From Vicugna vicugna (taxonomy: Eukaryota), in contig MU057521.1 of assembly GCA_013265495.1 (NCBI GenBank), positions 1,128,335 to 1,192,334 of the forward strand: a stretch of 64,000 bases of DNA. The letters run 5' to 3'. Position numbers and translations under genes: made by a program. Positions 1 through 13,590 of this stretch are shown piece after piece; positions within the stretch are counted from its first letter, which is position 1, and each line of letters starts with the position of its first letter. The notes under the pieces are model-generated. The model was not told where the DNA came from. It saw only the letters and a program-made list of their open reading frames with translations, and searched no databases.

Positions 1-328
1 ACTCTGAGGGACGGCTCTGAAGAAGTAAGGGAGGAGCCAGGATATACAGGAGTTTTGCCACAAAAACCAGATAGTCAGAAGATTACTGTTAATTAAAGAA
101 AACCAGACATCTCAAGTTAACGAATTTAGCGCACTTTTCTACGTATGGGAAGATACAAGAGGAATCATTCCTTTGATAGGAACCATAACTGTCTAGGGCC
201 ATAGGCGGCTTTTCTCCCCCACACCCCCTCCCCGGGTGCACAGTTTTGGGCGGCTGCAGTGACTGCTGGCTTGACGGCCTGCAACATCCTGCGTTTACTG
301 ATATGGCAGGCAACATTTTTCACCCACA
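1..328 (-). mobile_element. ERV LTR fragment (cetartiodactyl ERV1-like), runs off the window start
   Basis: gggaggagccaggatatacaggag...agacatctcaagttaa...tatgggaagat resembles recalled artiodactyl ERV LTRs; ends in ...caca. Confidence 0.55.
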
Positions 329-1869
329 GATAACATGTTGGATCTTTAAAATCCTGCATACAAGTAAATTAAACCTAAAAAAGCACTTACGTTCACCATG
401 GAAGTACTCATGAAGGTGATGGAAAGAATAAGGTTAGCAAACGAGAAAACTGTGGGTTTCTGAAGAAGAGAAGAGACCTGGACTGTCTTATTGTTTCCAG
501 GCAAGTTTCTCTCCCAGCCCCTTCACTGCTCTTACTCAGGGGTCTAGTGATTCCCTCAAGCAGTGGAAACTCCAGCTCAGATCTTTCTTGGCCTCTCTGG
601 GATAGCTGATACCATTTACTACGATCTAGAAATTCTCTCCCACCTGACTTTGGGGGCATCACTTCTTCTTATTCTCAACCTCTTCCTCTTTCTCTAGTCC
701 CTCTCAGCCCCTTTCACTGGTTTCTTTCACTCTACAACGCCAGCCTTGGCCCCACAAATTTTGGTACTTGGCAGGGCTCGCCTTTGCTCCTTGCTTTCTT
801 TGTATGCACCCTGGCTTCAACTCTCACCCAGAAACTTATCATCCAGTGCAGCCTAGGACCTGATGCTGTGCCAGACCCTGGATAAGCATTGGACATGTCA
901 CAGTGAATAAGACACAACCCCCATTCTTAAAGATGGTAAGGGAAACCTCACCCACTCTTGTGGGTACAAGTGAGAGAAATCTTCCTGGAGGAAGAAACAT
1001 TGATCTGAGTCTAGGATGGATGAGAAGAAAGATTGCGAATGGATGCTAATAAAATTGCGTAAGACTTCTATGCAAAAATATTATCTATTGAAAGGCATAA
1101 AAATGGCCTGAATAAATGGAGAGATACATGGATGAGAAGGCTCAACATCAAAAAGTTTTCAGTTCTTTTACTTCCATATGTATTTACTATGTAGGTATGG
1201 TACATGATACATAAAAATGGTATCATACTGTACATATCTAGTTGAACTTGGCTGTTTTCAGTCAATATTAGGTTTTTATGATCTATTCATGTTGATAAAT
1301 GTAGATCTAATCCATTAGTTTTAACTACTGAATTGAATTCCACTCTGTGGAGTAAATCAGTACATTTATTATTTCCTTACTGAGAGACAGTTATTTTGTT
1401 TCCTTGTGTTTCTCTGTTGTTTTGTCTTCCATTTCCAGAAAGAGTATTTCAGGCACAATGAAGGGTCCTGCCATTATTTAGGTAGCTGTAGCAGGAAAAG
1501 AGTCTTCTTGGGAAAGCTTCTGGCATTTTCTGCTTAAAATTTTTAGAAGCAAGTTTCTACTGTTCCTTTTCCATATTGGTTTTCCATATTGATTCTAATT
1601 ATTCAAACTGAGGAGCATTGTGCCATGAAGGATAACAATTCTGAACAAAATGCCACTTTGAAAATGATCTACATTTTCATGTAGAATAAAGTTGCTAGAA
1701 TTTTCCAGGTAAGAGATAAAACTGTTTTCTTAGTTCCTTAGAATATGGAGCTAACGAGGCCAAGGATGCATCTCAAGTAAGTTACTATCAGAGGAAGAGA
1801 GGGAAAAGTCTTCATTGACAGCAACACTACCCCGATCCCCAAAAGGCAATTCAAGTGCTTGTCTTTTGG

Positions 1870-2255
1870 ATCAGTATTTAGTTCTGGAGGCCATTAGTCT
1901 CAAATCAAGGTGCTGGCAGGGCCACGCTCCCTCTGAAGGCCCTAAGAGAGGAGCCTTTCTTGCCTCTTTCGGCTTGTGGTGGTTTCACACATTACTTGGT
2001 TAATGGCAGCGCCATTACAATCTCTGCTTGCATCTTCATAGGGCCTTCTCCTTTTGCTGCTTTCTCTTCTGTCTCTTGTAAGGACTCTTGCAGTTGGATT
2101 TATGGCCCACCTCGACAGTTCAGCTAAGGATCCTTGTCTCAGGATCTTTAACTTATTACATCCACAACAACCCTTTTTAAGGTCACATTCACAAGTTCCA
2201 GGGGTTAGGATGTGGACATATCTCTTGGGGGGGATCCACAATTCAACACATCACA
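1870..2255 (-). mobile_element. MaLR LTR (MLT1C/D-like)
   Basis: Reverse complement begins tgtgatgtgttgaattgtgg...gtccacatcctaacccctggaacttgtgaatgtgacc. Confidence 0.75.
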
Positions 2256-3325
2256 CTGAGTGTCCTCTGGACTTTCAGGTCTTAAAACTTCAAGTGCTTG
2301 AAAACTGATAGCCAATCTTTACTTTCCTTTAGCGCTAATAAACCCTTCCTCCTTTACTTTATATACCATTTGGGAGAGAGCACATACCCTAACAATCCCA
2401 TTGTCAAGCATTTTATAAATGAAGAGAATGTCAATATAAAACTCTGAAGAGGTGAGAAATTACCAAGTTATCTCAGCTCTCTTAAAGCCGTCCTCAGAAC
2501 GGCTTGAGGGGGATCCTCTCCAAATGACTGAGTTAATTTAGCTCATTCTCTTCAACTGCCACCACTTCCTACCAGACTGCGTCGAGTGTATGTCAGAGAG
2601 CTCATCTGGGTCTCCCCAGGAAAGCAGGAAGCCGTGGCTACTGCCTGTCTCAAGAGGCAATCCCCATGCAACCCTCCCACCCCCAACCCCCCTGGGACTG
2701 CTCCATCAGAAATTATGTATTTGATGGCATAGTTATGTATCAAAAGGTGGAGGAGAAAAGAGGTCCCTGGTCCAGTACAAGTGTGTAAAGGTAGGGGATG
2801 GAGTTGGGGTAGGGGTTGGGCTGGAAGACATACATGTTCCTAATACGTGAGTTGGCTGGAATTTGGAATGAGTTTTTCATGAGAAATAATTCCGTAAGTG
2901 ATGAGTAGATTTTTTTAGGTATGTAGTTCAGCTTTATCATTGTTAAATCATTTTGAAGGGATTATTGTGAAAATATACTACCTCTTATAACATTATTTCC
3001 TTAAAAAATAAAAAGCATTTTGTGTTCTAAATAGAGCACATTAAATACAATACAGAGAATTAAAACATTGGTAAATTAGACAGGCTGCAGACTCTAAATC
3101 CTTAAGAGTTTTCCTCCAAGATTTATTCATGGTCCATGTGACATAGCATGGCTTTTTTGTTGTTCAATATTTTCTCAACATGATACGCCCAGTTTAATTC
3201 TTACAGCAATTCCTAATTTAAACAGATGTTAATCAGCAAATGTCTTAAGTCTTGATTTGAAAATCTGGTATTTATAGTTGGAATGAAACAGTAAATGCCT
3301 TAAACAGAAATATTTTACTTAAATC

Positions 3326-3331
3326 TTTATT
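3326..3331 (-). terminator. Candidate distal poly(A) signal AATAAA
   Basis: tttatt on + strand; UGUUU elements follow on the minus strand. Confidence 0.45.
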
Positions 3332-5039
3332 TTTCTCTGCTGCTCAATATAAAAATATGCATTTCAAAACACTTTAAGATATTCTGCTAAGTTGCACAAT
3401 AGAAAAGGCCCATTTAGCAAACTCACTCTGTTTCCAGGTGAGTCTGAGGGGCCAGTTACAGTACAGCAAGGCCAGCCTGCGGCTGCAGGAGCTTTTCCTG
3501 TTTTGTAAACTCATATTGACTTGAAACAATTAAGAAAGACATGCTTCAAAGAGCAAAATAAAGATAAAGCACAGAGCACCTTTTACCACGTTGTAATGAA
3601 ATAAATTAATTCCTCCGTGAAAATCTGGGAAAAGATGAAAGGCAAAACTAGATATAAAAGGAAAAATAATAAATGTTTATAAAGTCAGTTTTCTCTGATT
3701 TGTGAAGACTGAGCAAAAATCCTTTGAGGCGATGTGAAAGTTCATGGGTTCTCCATCTGTCAATACTGCGTCTGCTATAGCATGTCTTAGCTGCCCACCT
3801 AGATTTTATATTACAGACTCATCAGGTCATATACTGGCATCAATACATCTTTCCTTTTTTTTTTTTTCGTACTACAGTGCTTTTGCTGGTATACCATGAA
3901 GTACTATCACAAATCAATCGTAACTATACTTCATCATAAATAGAAATTAAGAAAGTACATTTTGCCAAACTGATTTTTGTATCTCCTAAATTATATTTGT
4001 TCACCCACCTGCCAATGTCAAAAATCTACTAATTTGTAGAGTGCTTCCTCATCATTAATGTGAATTAGTGATGCTATAACTTAATTCAAAAGCAATTATT
4101 TTTTAAAAATGGGACTCAGACCAAGAAAGCTGAGCACCAGCCAGACTCTATGGGTACACCATGGGCAAAAGGCCAACTCCACGGTGATATGTAAAGGTCA
4201 CATTATGAAAGATGCAAATAAAAATTACTCTCAAAATATTTTGTCCATTAAAATTAATCTATGAATGTAAGCTTAAACTTAATGAGGGGCCTTTGGTCTA
4301 GAATCGCATAACCAGAAAGAAAAGCAATTTTAACACTTATTCTTATCATTGTCAGAAAATTAGACCACTGATTTAAAGAATTCCATTGGAACAATACATG
4401 ACAAAATATATGGAGGTAACAGATATTGAGTCTACAACTAAAAATTAGTCATTTAAAAAATTTTCCCTATGGACAAGACACAAATACCAAACATTTCTTT
4501 CTACTTTTCTATATCCAGAAATTCCATAAGAATCCAGAAATTTAAAAAAAAAAAGTGAAGGTCAAACCTGCTGACTCTGAAAAATCCTAACGCATCACTA
4601 AAAAGCATAAAATAGTATTGCAGCATACTGAAGAAAAATGAAAAGCACCTGCAGACATTTTTCTACTGGAGCTCTAGGAAAAATGAAATAACACATTCTG
4701 ATTGTCTTTCTAGTGTTGTTTAGTAGATAGAACTACTTGTAAAACCAGTGCTGAGAGCTGATAAATATTTATGTGGCCACCTGGTGATTTCCTTTAAGTC
4801 CAGCCAGCGCACTGACTCTGGATGCGATCAGTACTGCCCTCCCAGGAGCACGTTCTCCTTTGCATATAATACAGGAAGCTGTACAGCTGGGGACCAGACT
4901 GTTACAGGTGCTCTGAAACATCAGGGAGAGGAGCTGCCAACTAAAGGGGAAAATTTAAAATGGTGAATGCTTTACTACGCTTTTCCACAGCCATAACCAC
5001 TATTTCACACATGCAAAACCTGAAGAAAGTGGAAGCTCC

Positions 5040-5045
5040 TTTATT
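5040..5045 (-). terminator. Candidate proximal poly(A) signal AATAAA
   Basis: tttatt on + strand about 150 nt after the stop. Confidence 0.3.
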
Positions 5046-5197
5046 CCAGATAACCTGTAAATGCAGAATTCCCCATACTTTCCTTTATGTGAGCAGAATA
5101 TGTTATACATCAATATCAATCTTCTTAGTGAATCCCTGGTAAGATTTTAGCTTAAAAGGGGAATGGATCTGGATGCTGAATGGTGGCTTTGTCAACA

Positions 5198-5321
5198 TCA
5201 TATGAGGTGGCTTTTGGATCTGCCATAGAGTCTGAGTTTCTTTGTCGTGAGCAGCTGTGCCAGGCCATTGAGAAACACCAGAAAGATGGTCATGGAGATG
5301 ACGATCACAAAGTGGCTGATG
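5198..5321 (-). CDS. PIGN: PIGN last coding exon (~31): [40 protein letters not shown]
   Basis: ctgtag|C...TGA; 124 nt including the stop at 5198-5200. Confidence 0.97.
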
Positions 5322-5408
5322 CTACAGAAGGAGAAGAAGAAACATGTTACAGGCAGAGAGAACACGTGAGGGAAAGTGTAAGATTCCTCTAAATAATGCT
5401 TCTAAATG

Positions 5409-5643
5409 CAGGGGTGACCCTTGAACAACTCAGGAACTGCAGCGCCAACCCTCTGAGCAGTTGAGAAGCCGCTTATACCTTTATGTCGACCCTCTGCATC
5501 CAAGGTTCCTAAGTATGTGTGGTTTGGCACTGACGGATTCAACCAAGCACAGATCTTGAAGTACTGCAGCATTTACCGTTGAGAAACATCCACATACAAG
5601 TGGACCTGAGCAGTTCAAACCCCTGTTCAAGGGTCAACCATGT
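5409..5643. mobile_element. TcMar-Tigger MITE (Tigger2/MER8-like)
   Basis: Terminal inverted repeats tgacccttgaaca (5415-5427) and tgttcaagggtca (5624-5636). Confidence 0.75.
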
Positions 5644-6902
5644 ATATAAAATACACAGAATTACAAAGAATATCAATGATTTTGAAAGATATCAAAATAT
5701 TTTAAAAAACCAAATTTGTTGCATAAGTAGTGATGAACATAAATCACATTTTGAGATCCCTCCAACAATTATAATGTGATAGAAAACTGTCTGATTGGTA
5801 TTAGCAGTGCCTGTGTCTCTGTCACCAGTAGAAACTGGATTTCAAAATCTAGCTTTTAGGAAAATAAAGATAATTTCCCCTCTCAGATTCTTATACCCTC
5901 TGAATAATATCCACAGACTCCCCAGGACGACCCTAAGTTAAGTATTTTAGAGCACGTCATCCACATTTTGACGTAAGTCAAAAATACTCTGACAAAACCA
6001 CCAGCCACAAAGAAAGAAAAATGTTACCTAAACTCAAATTCAGTGAAGTGAAAGTTTTAGTCAAAGAATCTAAACAAAAGAAAAAGGACACCTCTCTCTA
6101 TTAATCTCAGAGTCAAAGCTACTATCTCCTAGCCTTTGGGAAAAAGATAAACGAATACTATTAAAATTACTTATCCCAGTTCCCATCTATCAGCAACAGT
6201 AAATGTTTAGGTTTTCTTCTGAGACAATGTAATTGTACTGTCTACACAGAACAAGGCTTGATAAATTTACAAATTCGGAAAGAAATTTACGATATAGATC
6301 TGACAAATGTACAACAAAGGAGAGGCTTCCACGGTGATACTAACAGTTTTGCCCAAGCTAAGCTATGGTGCAGATCGGCAAGTTACTTATTTACAATGCC
6401 TATCAGAGTTACATTTAACTATCTAATGTCATAACAGATTCAGATGTTTTACACCTTCTATAAAGGGAAGGGGAATGTTTTAGCAGGCCTATAACCAAGC
6501 TGGCTTGATGAAGAGGGGGTCTTATTTTCTCCTCTTTCCTCTCCTCTACCCCCAGCAAACAGGAGTCCTGGTGCAACTTTAACTCCCCAAGAATGGCCCC
6601 CAGGACAAGCCCCAGGGAACTTGTTTTAGGACATCTGGGACGGTGACTGTTGGGTGCCTGCGTGCAAAACAGGGCGATCATCTAGGGGGAAAAGAGGCCT
6701 GCAGGTCTTCCTCTCACCTTCTCAATAACTCCAATCCAAAAGATGGGCAGCTCCCCAAATTGCTGGGTGTAGGCCAACCTAAGCAAAGCCTCAGTGTGCT
6801 ATCAGGTAACTGCCCACAGGCAAGGCCCCTCAAGGCCAGGAAAGAAAGGCCTTCTATTCTACACAGATATTATTTATTTATTTTTGGTATAGTTACAAGT
6901 CT

Positions 6903-7017
6903 TTTTTATGTGGGGGGAGAGGGTAGTAATTAGGTTTATTTATTTAATTTTTTTTTTTTTTTTAAGTGGAGGTACTGGGGATTGAACCCAGGACCTCATG
7001 CATGCTAAGCATGCACT
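6903..7017 (-). mobile_element. tRNA-derived camelid SINE (Vic-1-like), 5'-truncated
   Basis: ggaggtactggggattgaacccaggacctcatgcatgctaagcatgcac (reverse of B-box GGTTCAATCC) with a T-rich tail. Confidence 0.8.
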
Positions 7018-7899
7018 TCAATTGTAAACCTCCAATTGTAAAGCTTTACAGTTTGATAAGATTTTCTTTGGAAAGATACTGATTAGGACATTCTTATTTA
7101 GAATTTTTCTCTAGGTTCATTGGTTCATCTAAAAAAAGTAAATCTGAAATAGAAAAGAAGAGTTGGCTAATTAGAAAATAAGAATTAGAACTAGTTATGT
7201 TAGAAATCCAGTTCTGGGCTAGGGTAGACTCCTGGCTAAAAAGAAAACAGTAACATTAGATCCTTAATTGCTAGACAAATATTAACATTAAGGTAAGACT
7301 GAAACACAAAGTAAGCATAATTCTGATATCAGAATCAATCATCAGAACCCTGGGAGGGAACAGAAAGCCTGTATACACTAAAGATAAAACTCATGACTGT
7401 TGTGGCTGGGCTCACTTTAATTTTATGGACACAAATGAGATAAATCTCATGAATGCCTCAATTCTGACTGCACACTTAAATTATTTTTCTCAGTCTCCAA
7501 GTTAAACCATTTCATGTCCTTTCTTCTTCTCAAAGTTCTATCACCTTCCTCCCCTCTCAGTAGATGATGTTGCTTATGGAGGAAATTTTACTGAGAGCCA
7601 AGACAGGACTTCTCTTCTTGCCCCAAACCTGCTAACGCAGACATATCTATGTCCATTTTTCTTCCTGCATCTGATCCTGTTGGAAACAAGCCCTTCCACT
7701 TCCATTTTGGATCCTGTTCCAACTTTCCTATAAAAGGACTTTACTTTTGCAACTATCCCCCCTTTCTCTCATATCACCAATTTTCCCTTCTCTACAGTGA
7801 GCATAACTTTCACCACACAGGTGTGATTTCTCTCATCCTAAAAACAAATGAAAAACCCTTCAAGATCCCAGGGCTTCCTCTAACACCATCCTAATTTAC

Positions 7900-8400
7900 A
7901 GCATTTTAAATCTGATATGTAAAATCCAGCTCTTAATTTCCCAAATCTACCTTCATCAAACTCACTCTTCCTAGAGCCTTCTCCATCTCTGGGAATGGCT
8001 TTACCATTCACTTAGTTACTCAAGATAGAAAAACCTAGGAATCAGCCTTGATTCTTATCTTTTCTTCTCCCCGCACATCAACTCCATTAACAAATTCTAC
8101 TTACCTCTCTTTCAAAATGCTTCCTAAATCTCACCTCTTGACACCATTCTGAATTCTGCCCCAGTCCAAGCTGCCATCTTCTCTAGTTTAGGATACTGCA
8201 AGAGTCTCTTAACCAATCTTCGTCTTCCCTCTCTTGATCCCTCAATATGTTCTCCAAATGGTGGCCAGAGTGTAGTTTCAAAATGTAAAGCATATCAAAT
8301 ACTTCCCTGCTCAAGAGTCTAATGCTTTGCCTTACACTTGGAATAAATTCCTAATTCCTTACAATGACCTTCAAAGCCATAGGTGATGTCAGCTGTCTTT
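7900..8400. mobile_element. L2 LINE relic
   Basis: aaacctaggaatcagccttgattc...gtccaagctgccatcttctc...ggccagagtg...cttacaatgaccttcaaagcc, typical of the L2 3' region. Confidence 0.6.
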
Positions 8401-9099
8401 CTGAACTCTTTCTCTACTATATTTCCCCTCACACCATTCTCCTCACAGTAACCTTCATGTTTTCAAAAGTATTTAATGACACTGAGAAATGGTTGTTAAA
8501 GAAAGTCAACTTAAAAAAAAAAACCCAACCCTGTACATGTTTGCATATAAATTAAGCCTAAAAGGATATACATCAACCTGTTGGACAGAGGTCAACTCTG
8601 AGATAATGAATTATGGGTGACTTCTTATTTTTTCTACATGTTTTCAGTATTTTCTATAAGCAGCTTGCAATACATTTCTATTTATGTGTACAAATTATGG
8701 TAGGTTTAGCCATAGAACTCTAAGGCTAATTCCATTATTACCACAGAAATCTTCAACTATATCCCATTTCCATTTCTCTCAGGACATTTCAAAATCTGCA
8801 ATGGTCCTTGGGATCAAAAGCCTCAGTCCAATAAGCTGGATATAATGGCCACAATGTCTTCATGCTATAAGATTGTTTATTCCCCAGCCAGGGGGACTGG
8901 AGTTTGGAGTCAGAGGTGAGATAAGTGAGGAGATTCAAACTGCCCAATTTAGAACTTTGAGGATCAAATCTAGAACTGCCCAATCTGACCTCGCTTCCAT
9001 GGGAGACCAGGCAAGGTGGTCAGAAGGCAGGGAGATGAAGGAAAGCCATGAGAGCTGTAAAAGATTACACAACACAAAGGATACAAAGAATGTGGCATA

Positions 9100-9500
9100 G
9101 CCTTATAGTGGGGCACTACTCAGCAATGAAAAGGAACAAAGTACTGGTACCTCCTAAAATATAAAGGAATGCCACAGACAGCACACCAGCTGGAAGAAAC
9201 CAGATGTAAAAGACTACATATTATATGATTCCATTTACTGAAACATCCAGAACTGGCAAATCTGTAGACAGAAAGCCGATTAGTGGCTCCCAGCAGCTGG
9301 GTATGGGAATGAGATAGATTGGAATTAGGCACGGGGGAGTTTTCAAGGCGATGGAAATATTGAAAAACTAGACTGTGGTGATGGTTGTACAACTTTATAA
9401 ATCTGCTGAAAATCACTGAACTGATTTAAATCATTTAAAACCTTAAAATGGGTGAATTTTATGGTATGTAAATTATACCTCAATAAAGCTGTTAAAAAAT
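9100..9500 (+). mobile_element. Old L1 (L1MB/ME-like) 3' end
   Basis: tatatgattccattt...gtggtgatggttgtacaac...ggtatgtaaattatacctcaataaagctgtt. Confidence 0.75.
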
Positions 9501-12489
9501 AAAGATTATATTCTAGCAGATTTATTTTCTGCTGAATTTTGCTATCACTTTTAGGCCTTTTGTCACTTTCAATCTTTTTAAAAACTTTAAAACGTTAAAT
9601 ATGACGATCTCTAACAAACCAAGTTTTGTAAAATCAGAAAGTACGTGACCCATCCTCAAATTTAGTGACAGTCTATTTATAAAAGGTATTCTATACATCA
9701 CCCAGCTCCTTACAGTAGCCTGAAATCATGGACTCTTGGCTCATTTAAGCTGACATCACTAGCAGGGAACAGTTCTGAGCTCATTATCCTCATGCAATTG
9801 AGTCTAAGGCATTCAGTTTGTGATATTTTCCATCAATCAAGTCTTGGCGTCATCTCAGCATAGCAGAGTTAAAGGAGTATCAAATTTCAACTTGAAATGA
9901 GTTCAGCTGTTCTCACTCTCTCCCCCTGACTATTCTGACATCATTTAAATCAGCAATTCTCAAGGTGTAGATACAAGATGCTAGAGGAACAGGGTCTGTG
10001 TGTGTGGAGGGGCATACAGAATCACCAGGCAGGCCTGTTCAGCCTGTACCATGGGTGATAAAAGGCTGATTACACTTCTCAATTAGGATAATGGACAATC
10101 GATTTTAATAAAGCTTAGTATTCACTGTCAACAGATACTTCATGGCACTTACTAATTACATTTAGGAGGATATTAAAATATTACTGAACTTAATGATAAG
10201 TTTGCACTATACCTAAAGAGAAGTGATACTTCAGTTGTCCTTTGTATGTTAATAAGGAATAACAATAGTGCATGTAGGAAACAATTACTGTTCAAAAGAA
10301 CACCACTATCAAATCAAACTACAGTTCAAACTGATGATGCCGACTATTCACCTCTTATCAAATACATTTAGAACATAAATTTAAATATGTTTTTGTACTT
10401 ATGAAAATTACCTCAAAGGAATTTTTTTCTCTAGTTTAAAAAATGCACTTCTCTTAGAATGCCATATAGAAAGCAATATTCTGTAAAATTCACGGCCTGC
10501 TATAAATGAAGAAACAGTGTAAAAGATCAAAAGAAGAAAATACTAAATTATAGCTCTGTTGGCCCCACTCAGCCTCATGGCCTGGGAACGATGTTTCTCA
10601 CATGGCTGTTGAAAAACACACCCAATGCCCAAGGTTCTCCAGAGACTCACAAACTTATACCCACAGTTTCAGTTGACTATACTGACCTGAGTGTATTCCT
10701 TTAAGAGTCTCAATTTAATTCTGGTAAAATTTGCTCCCAAGATGCACTGTCAATATATCGGACTCTACTTATAAACAGACACACTGACACATGCCCTAGC
10801 AATGCAATCTTTATTTTCAAAGAAACCATTATTTATTAACCTGAAACTAATAGGTGAGGAATCTCTCCAACCCATCTTGAAAACTCACTGCAGTCATGAC
10901 CACACTATAAACATCACAGATATATTCAGAGGGTGATTAGCTTCTAATCTTCTCTCCAATTCTGGAACAGAGCTCACCGTTTCTGTACTTACAAAGCAAT
11001 AAAATAGTGAGGACAAAAGGACAACATTCCATTCCTGTGAATAACAGGTATGAAACGGCTGAAGTTATTAACTGTATTACTAACACAAAGGGTTTTAGAA
11101 ATAAAATTTGTTGCAAAGGGAAACCACTGCAGGAGCACAATTCAGATAACCCTGGTTCCCACTGAAGGAACTCCGCCAGTAAGTGTAATAACATCTGCAA
11201 CATGACAGAGAACATCTTGGCTTTTCAAATATATATTCACATAGGAATAACTAGAAAACCAAAACTTAAAGGCAACTTTCTCATTAAAAAAAAAAACACA
11301 GGAAAAAGAATAATGATGTTTTGATATGTGAACCCTATTATATGGTGCTTTAGTTTTGAATCTTGAAGTGTATTTTTCCCCACTATCCAAGCCTTTTGCT
11401 GGCAATCAATTGGATGCTTCTGAAGATGCATGAGCCACTGTCTCCCCATTAGACCTGTTCCACGTGGTTCACTGCGGCAGTGTACACTATTACTGCTGTA
11501 TGGGATGCAGAGAAAAGATCTGAGAATTCTAGCTCATCAACAAGAGCGGCAGCAGCAATAAAAACATCATCTTGCAGCATCAATTGGGGCAATTCCATTT
11601 AGGAAGCCTAATTCCACTAACTCAGATTTAATTTTGTTTCTCCATCCCAAACCCTTCCACCTCCCTGCCCCCTCCCCTATCATCTTCCTTTCTTCAGTGG
11701 GCATCTTTTGAAAGATACAATACGAGGCAAAGAAGACAGAGCAGAGCAAGGAGATATTTCAGCAGGAATGACCAGGAGAGGATGCGGGGAACTTATGTAG
11801 GGATAGTTTAATGCTCTCGCCTGATGACTAGAACTGAGCTCTTAAATTCCCTATGATATCTGCCTTTGAGAAATCTCTCAAAGTAAGCATCCCGCTCAAC
11901 CTATGGGAGTTAGACCCGTGATGATGAAACACTGGGACCGACGTAAACTGAAGTTTAACGTAACTTAACGAGATACGCCTTTATCCTCTTGCCATCCACT
12001 TTAGATTTTTAATACTGTATAGATGAGGATGTAACAATTACATCAGGACAACAAGCATAAACCAGAACTGCTCCAGGTAAACCTAGACATATGATCACCA
12101 AATGTGTATGGCAGCTCCCTTTAAAAAAAATGCTGTTACCACAAAATATTTCTACAGCACTTAATTAATTAAGTATATAATATTTTAATATGTATCATAA
12201 ATGAACTATACTACTGAAACATGGAGTTAACATCCTTTTCTCATTGCTAGTGCTACAGAGTAGGGGTCATTGATGCACTTTCAGCCTATGAGTGCTAATG
12301 CACCATTCTATTTCCCTTGGTTTGAATGATGCTCACTGTCTGTTTTATGCTTCATAAAAGTCTCATTTTTTGCTATTATTTTGTACTCTGATGAACACCT
12401 TATTCCCATGACGGTTGCATAAAGGAATACAAGGAATAGGCCTGGAGCTACCACACATGTGCCAAGAAGAACATCATGCTGGATATTAA

Positions 12490-13590
12490 ATTCAAGTTTT
12501 GCAATGGATCAAAGCCTCTTTTAAAAATGATCAAGAAAGCACAGGTAACAAAAATAAAAATAGATAAACTGGACTACGTCAAAATTAAAAAATTCTGTGC
12601 AAAAGACACAATCAACAGAGAGAAAAAGCAACTTACAGAAAGGGAGAAAATATTTGCAAATCATATATCTGATAAGGGGTTAATGTCTAAAATATACAAA
12701 GAATTCCTGCAGTTCAACAATAAAAAAAACAAATGACCCAATTTAAAAATGGGCAAAGGACTTGCCTAGACATTTCCCCAAAGAAGACATACAAATGGCC
12801 AACAAGCACATGAAAAATACTCAACATCATTCATCATTAGGGAGATGCAAATCAAAACTATAAAGAGATACACTTCACACCCATCAGGGTGGCTCCTATC
12901 AAAAAAACCGGATAACGAGAGCTAGTGAGGATGTGGAGAAATTGGAAGCCTTTTGCAGTATTGGTAGAAATGTAAAATGGTACAACTGCTATGAAAAACA
13001 TTATGGTGATTCCTCAAAGATCAAATAATAGAGCTACCATATGATCCAGCAATCTGACTTCTCAGTACATATCTCAAAGAACTGAAAGCAGGGACTCAAA
13101 TAGGTAATGAATAACCATGTTATAGTAGGATGATTCACAATAGCCAAAAGGTGAAAGCAACCTAAGTGCCCATTGATGGATGAATGGATAGACAAAGTGT
13201 GATATATACATACAATGGAATATTATTCAGCCTTCAAAAGGAAAGGAATTCTGATACATGCTACAATGTGGATGAAGCTTGAGGACATTATGCTAGGTGA
13301 AATTAGCTAGTTACAAAAGAACAAATACTGAGTGATTCCATTTATATGAGGTACCTAGAGTAGCTAAATTCATAGACTGAAAGTAGCATAGTGGTTGCCA
13401 GGGGCAGAGAGAAGGGAAAATTGGGAGTTGTTTTTTAAATGGGTATAGAGTTTCAGTTATGCAAGATGAAGCAGCTCTGGAGGTTGGCTATGCAACAATG
13501 TGAATACACTTAATAAAACTGAACAGTACACTTAAAGATGGTTAAGATGGTATGTTTATGTTATGTATGCATTACTATAATTTTTTAAAA
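12490..13590 (+). mobile_element. L1 (L1MA/MB-like) ORF2 C-terminus plus 3'UTR, decayed
   Basis: ORF 12476..12736 encodes KIDKLDYVKIKKFCAKDTINR...EKIFANHISDKGL (L1 ORF2-like), followed by a typical L1 3'UTR. Confidence 0.9.

Larger units (their letters stand above)
3310..5197 (-). other. PIGN: Probable PIGN 3'UTR (distal end uncertain)
   Basis: Follows the stop codon; AU-rich; minus-strand AATAAA at 5040-5045, 3326-3331 and 3122-3127. Confidence 0.55.

Noticed and set aside
5180..5392. + strand ORFs overlapping PIGN exons (also 43502..43753 and 44558..44887)
   Set aside because: Antisense shadows of coding exons with no independent support.
11918..11951. C box (GTGATGA) and D box (CTGA) suggesting a C/D snoRNA
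   Set aside because: Only 34 nt, no terminal stem, and antisense to the host gene.
12476..12736. L1 ORF2-like peptide as an active or domesticated gene
   Set aside because: Short decayed fragment with stops and no RT or endonuclease domain.
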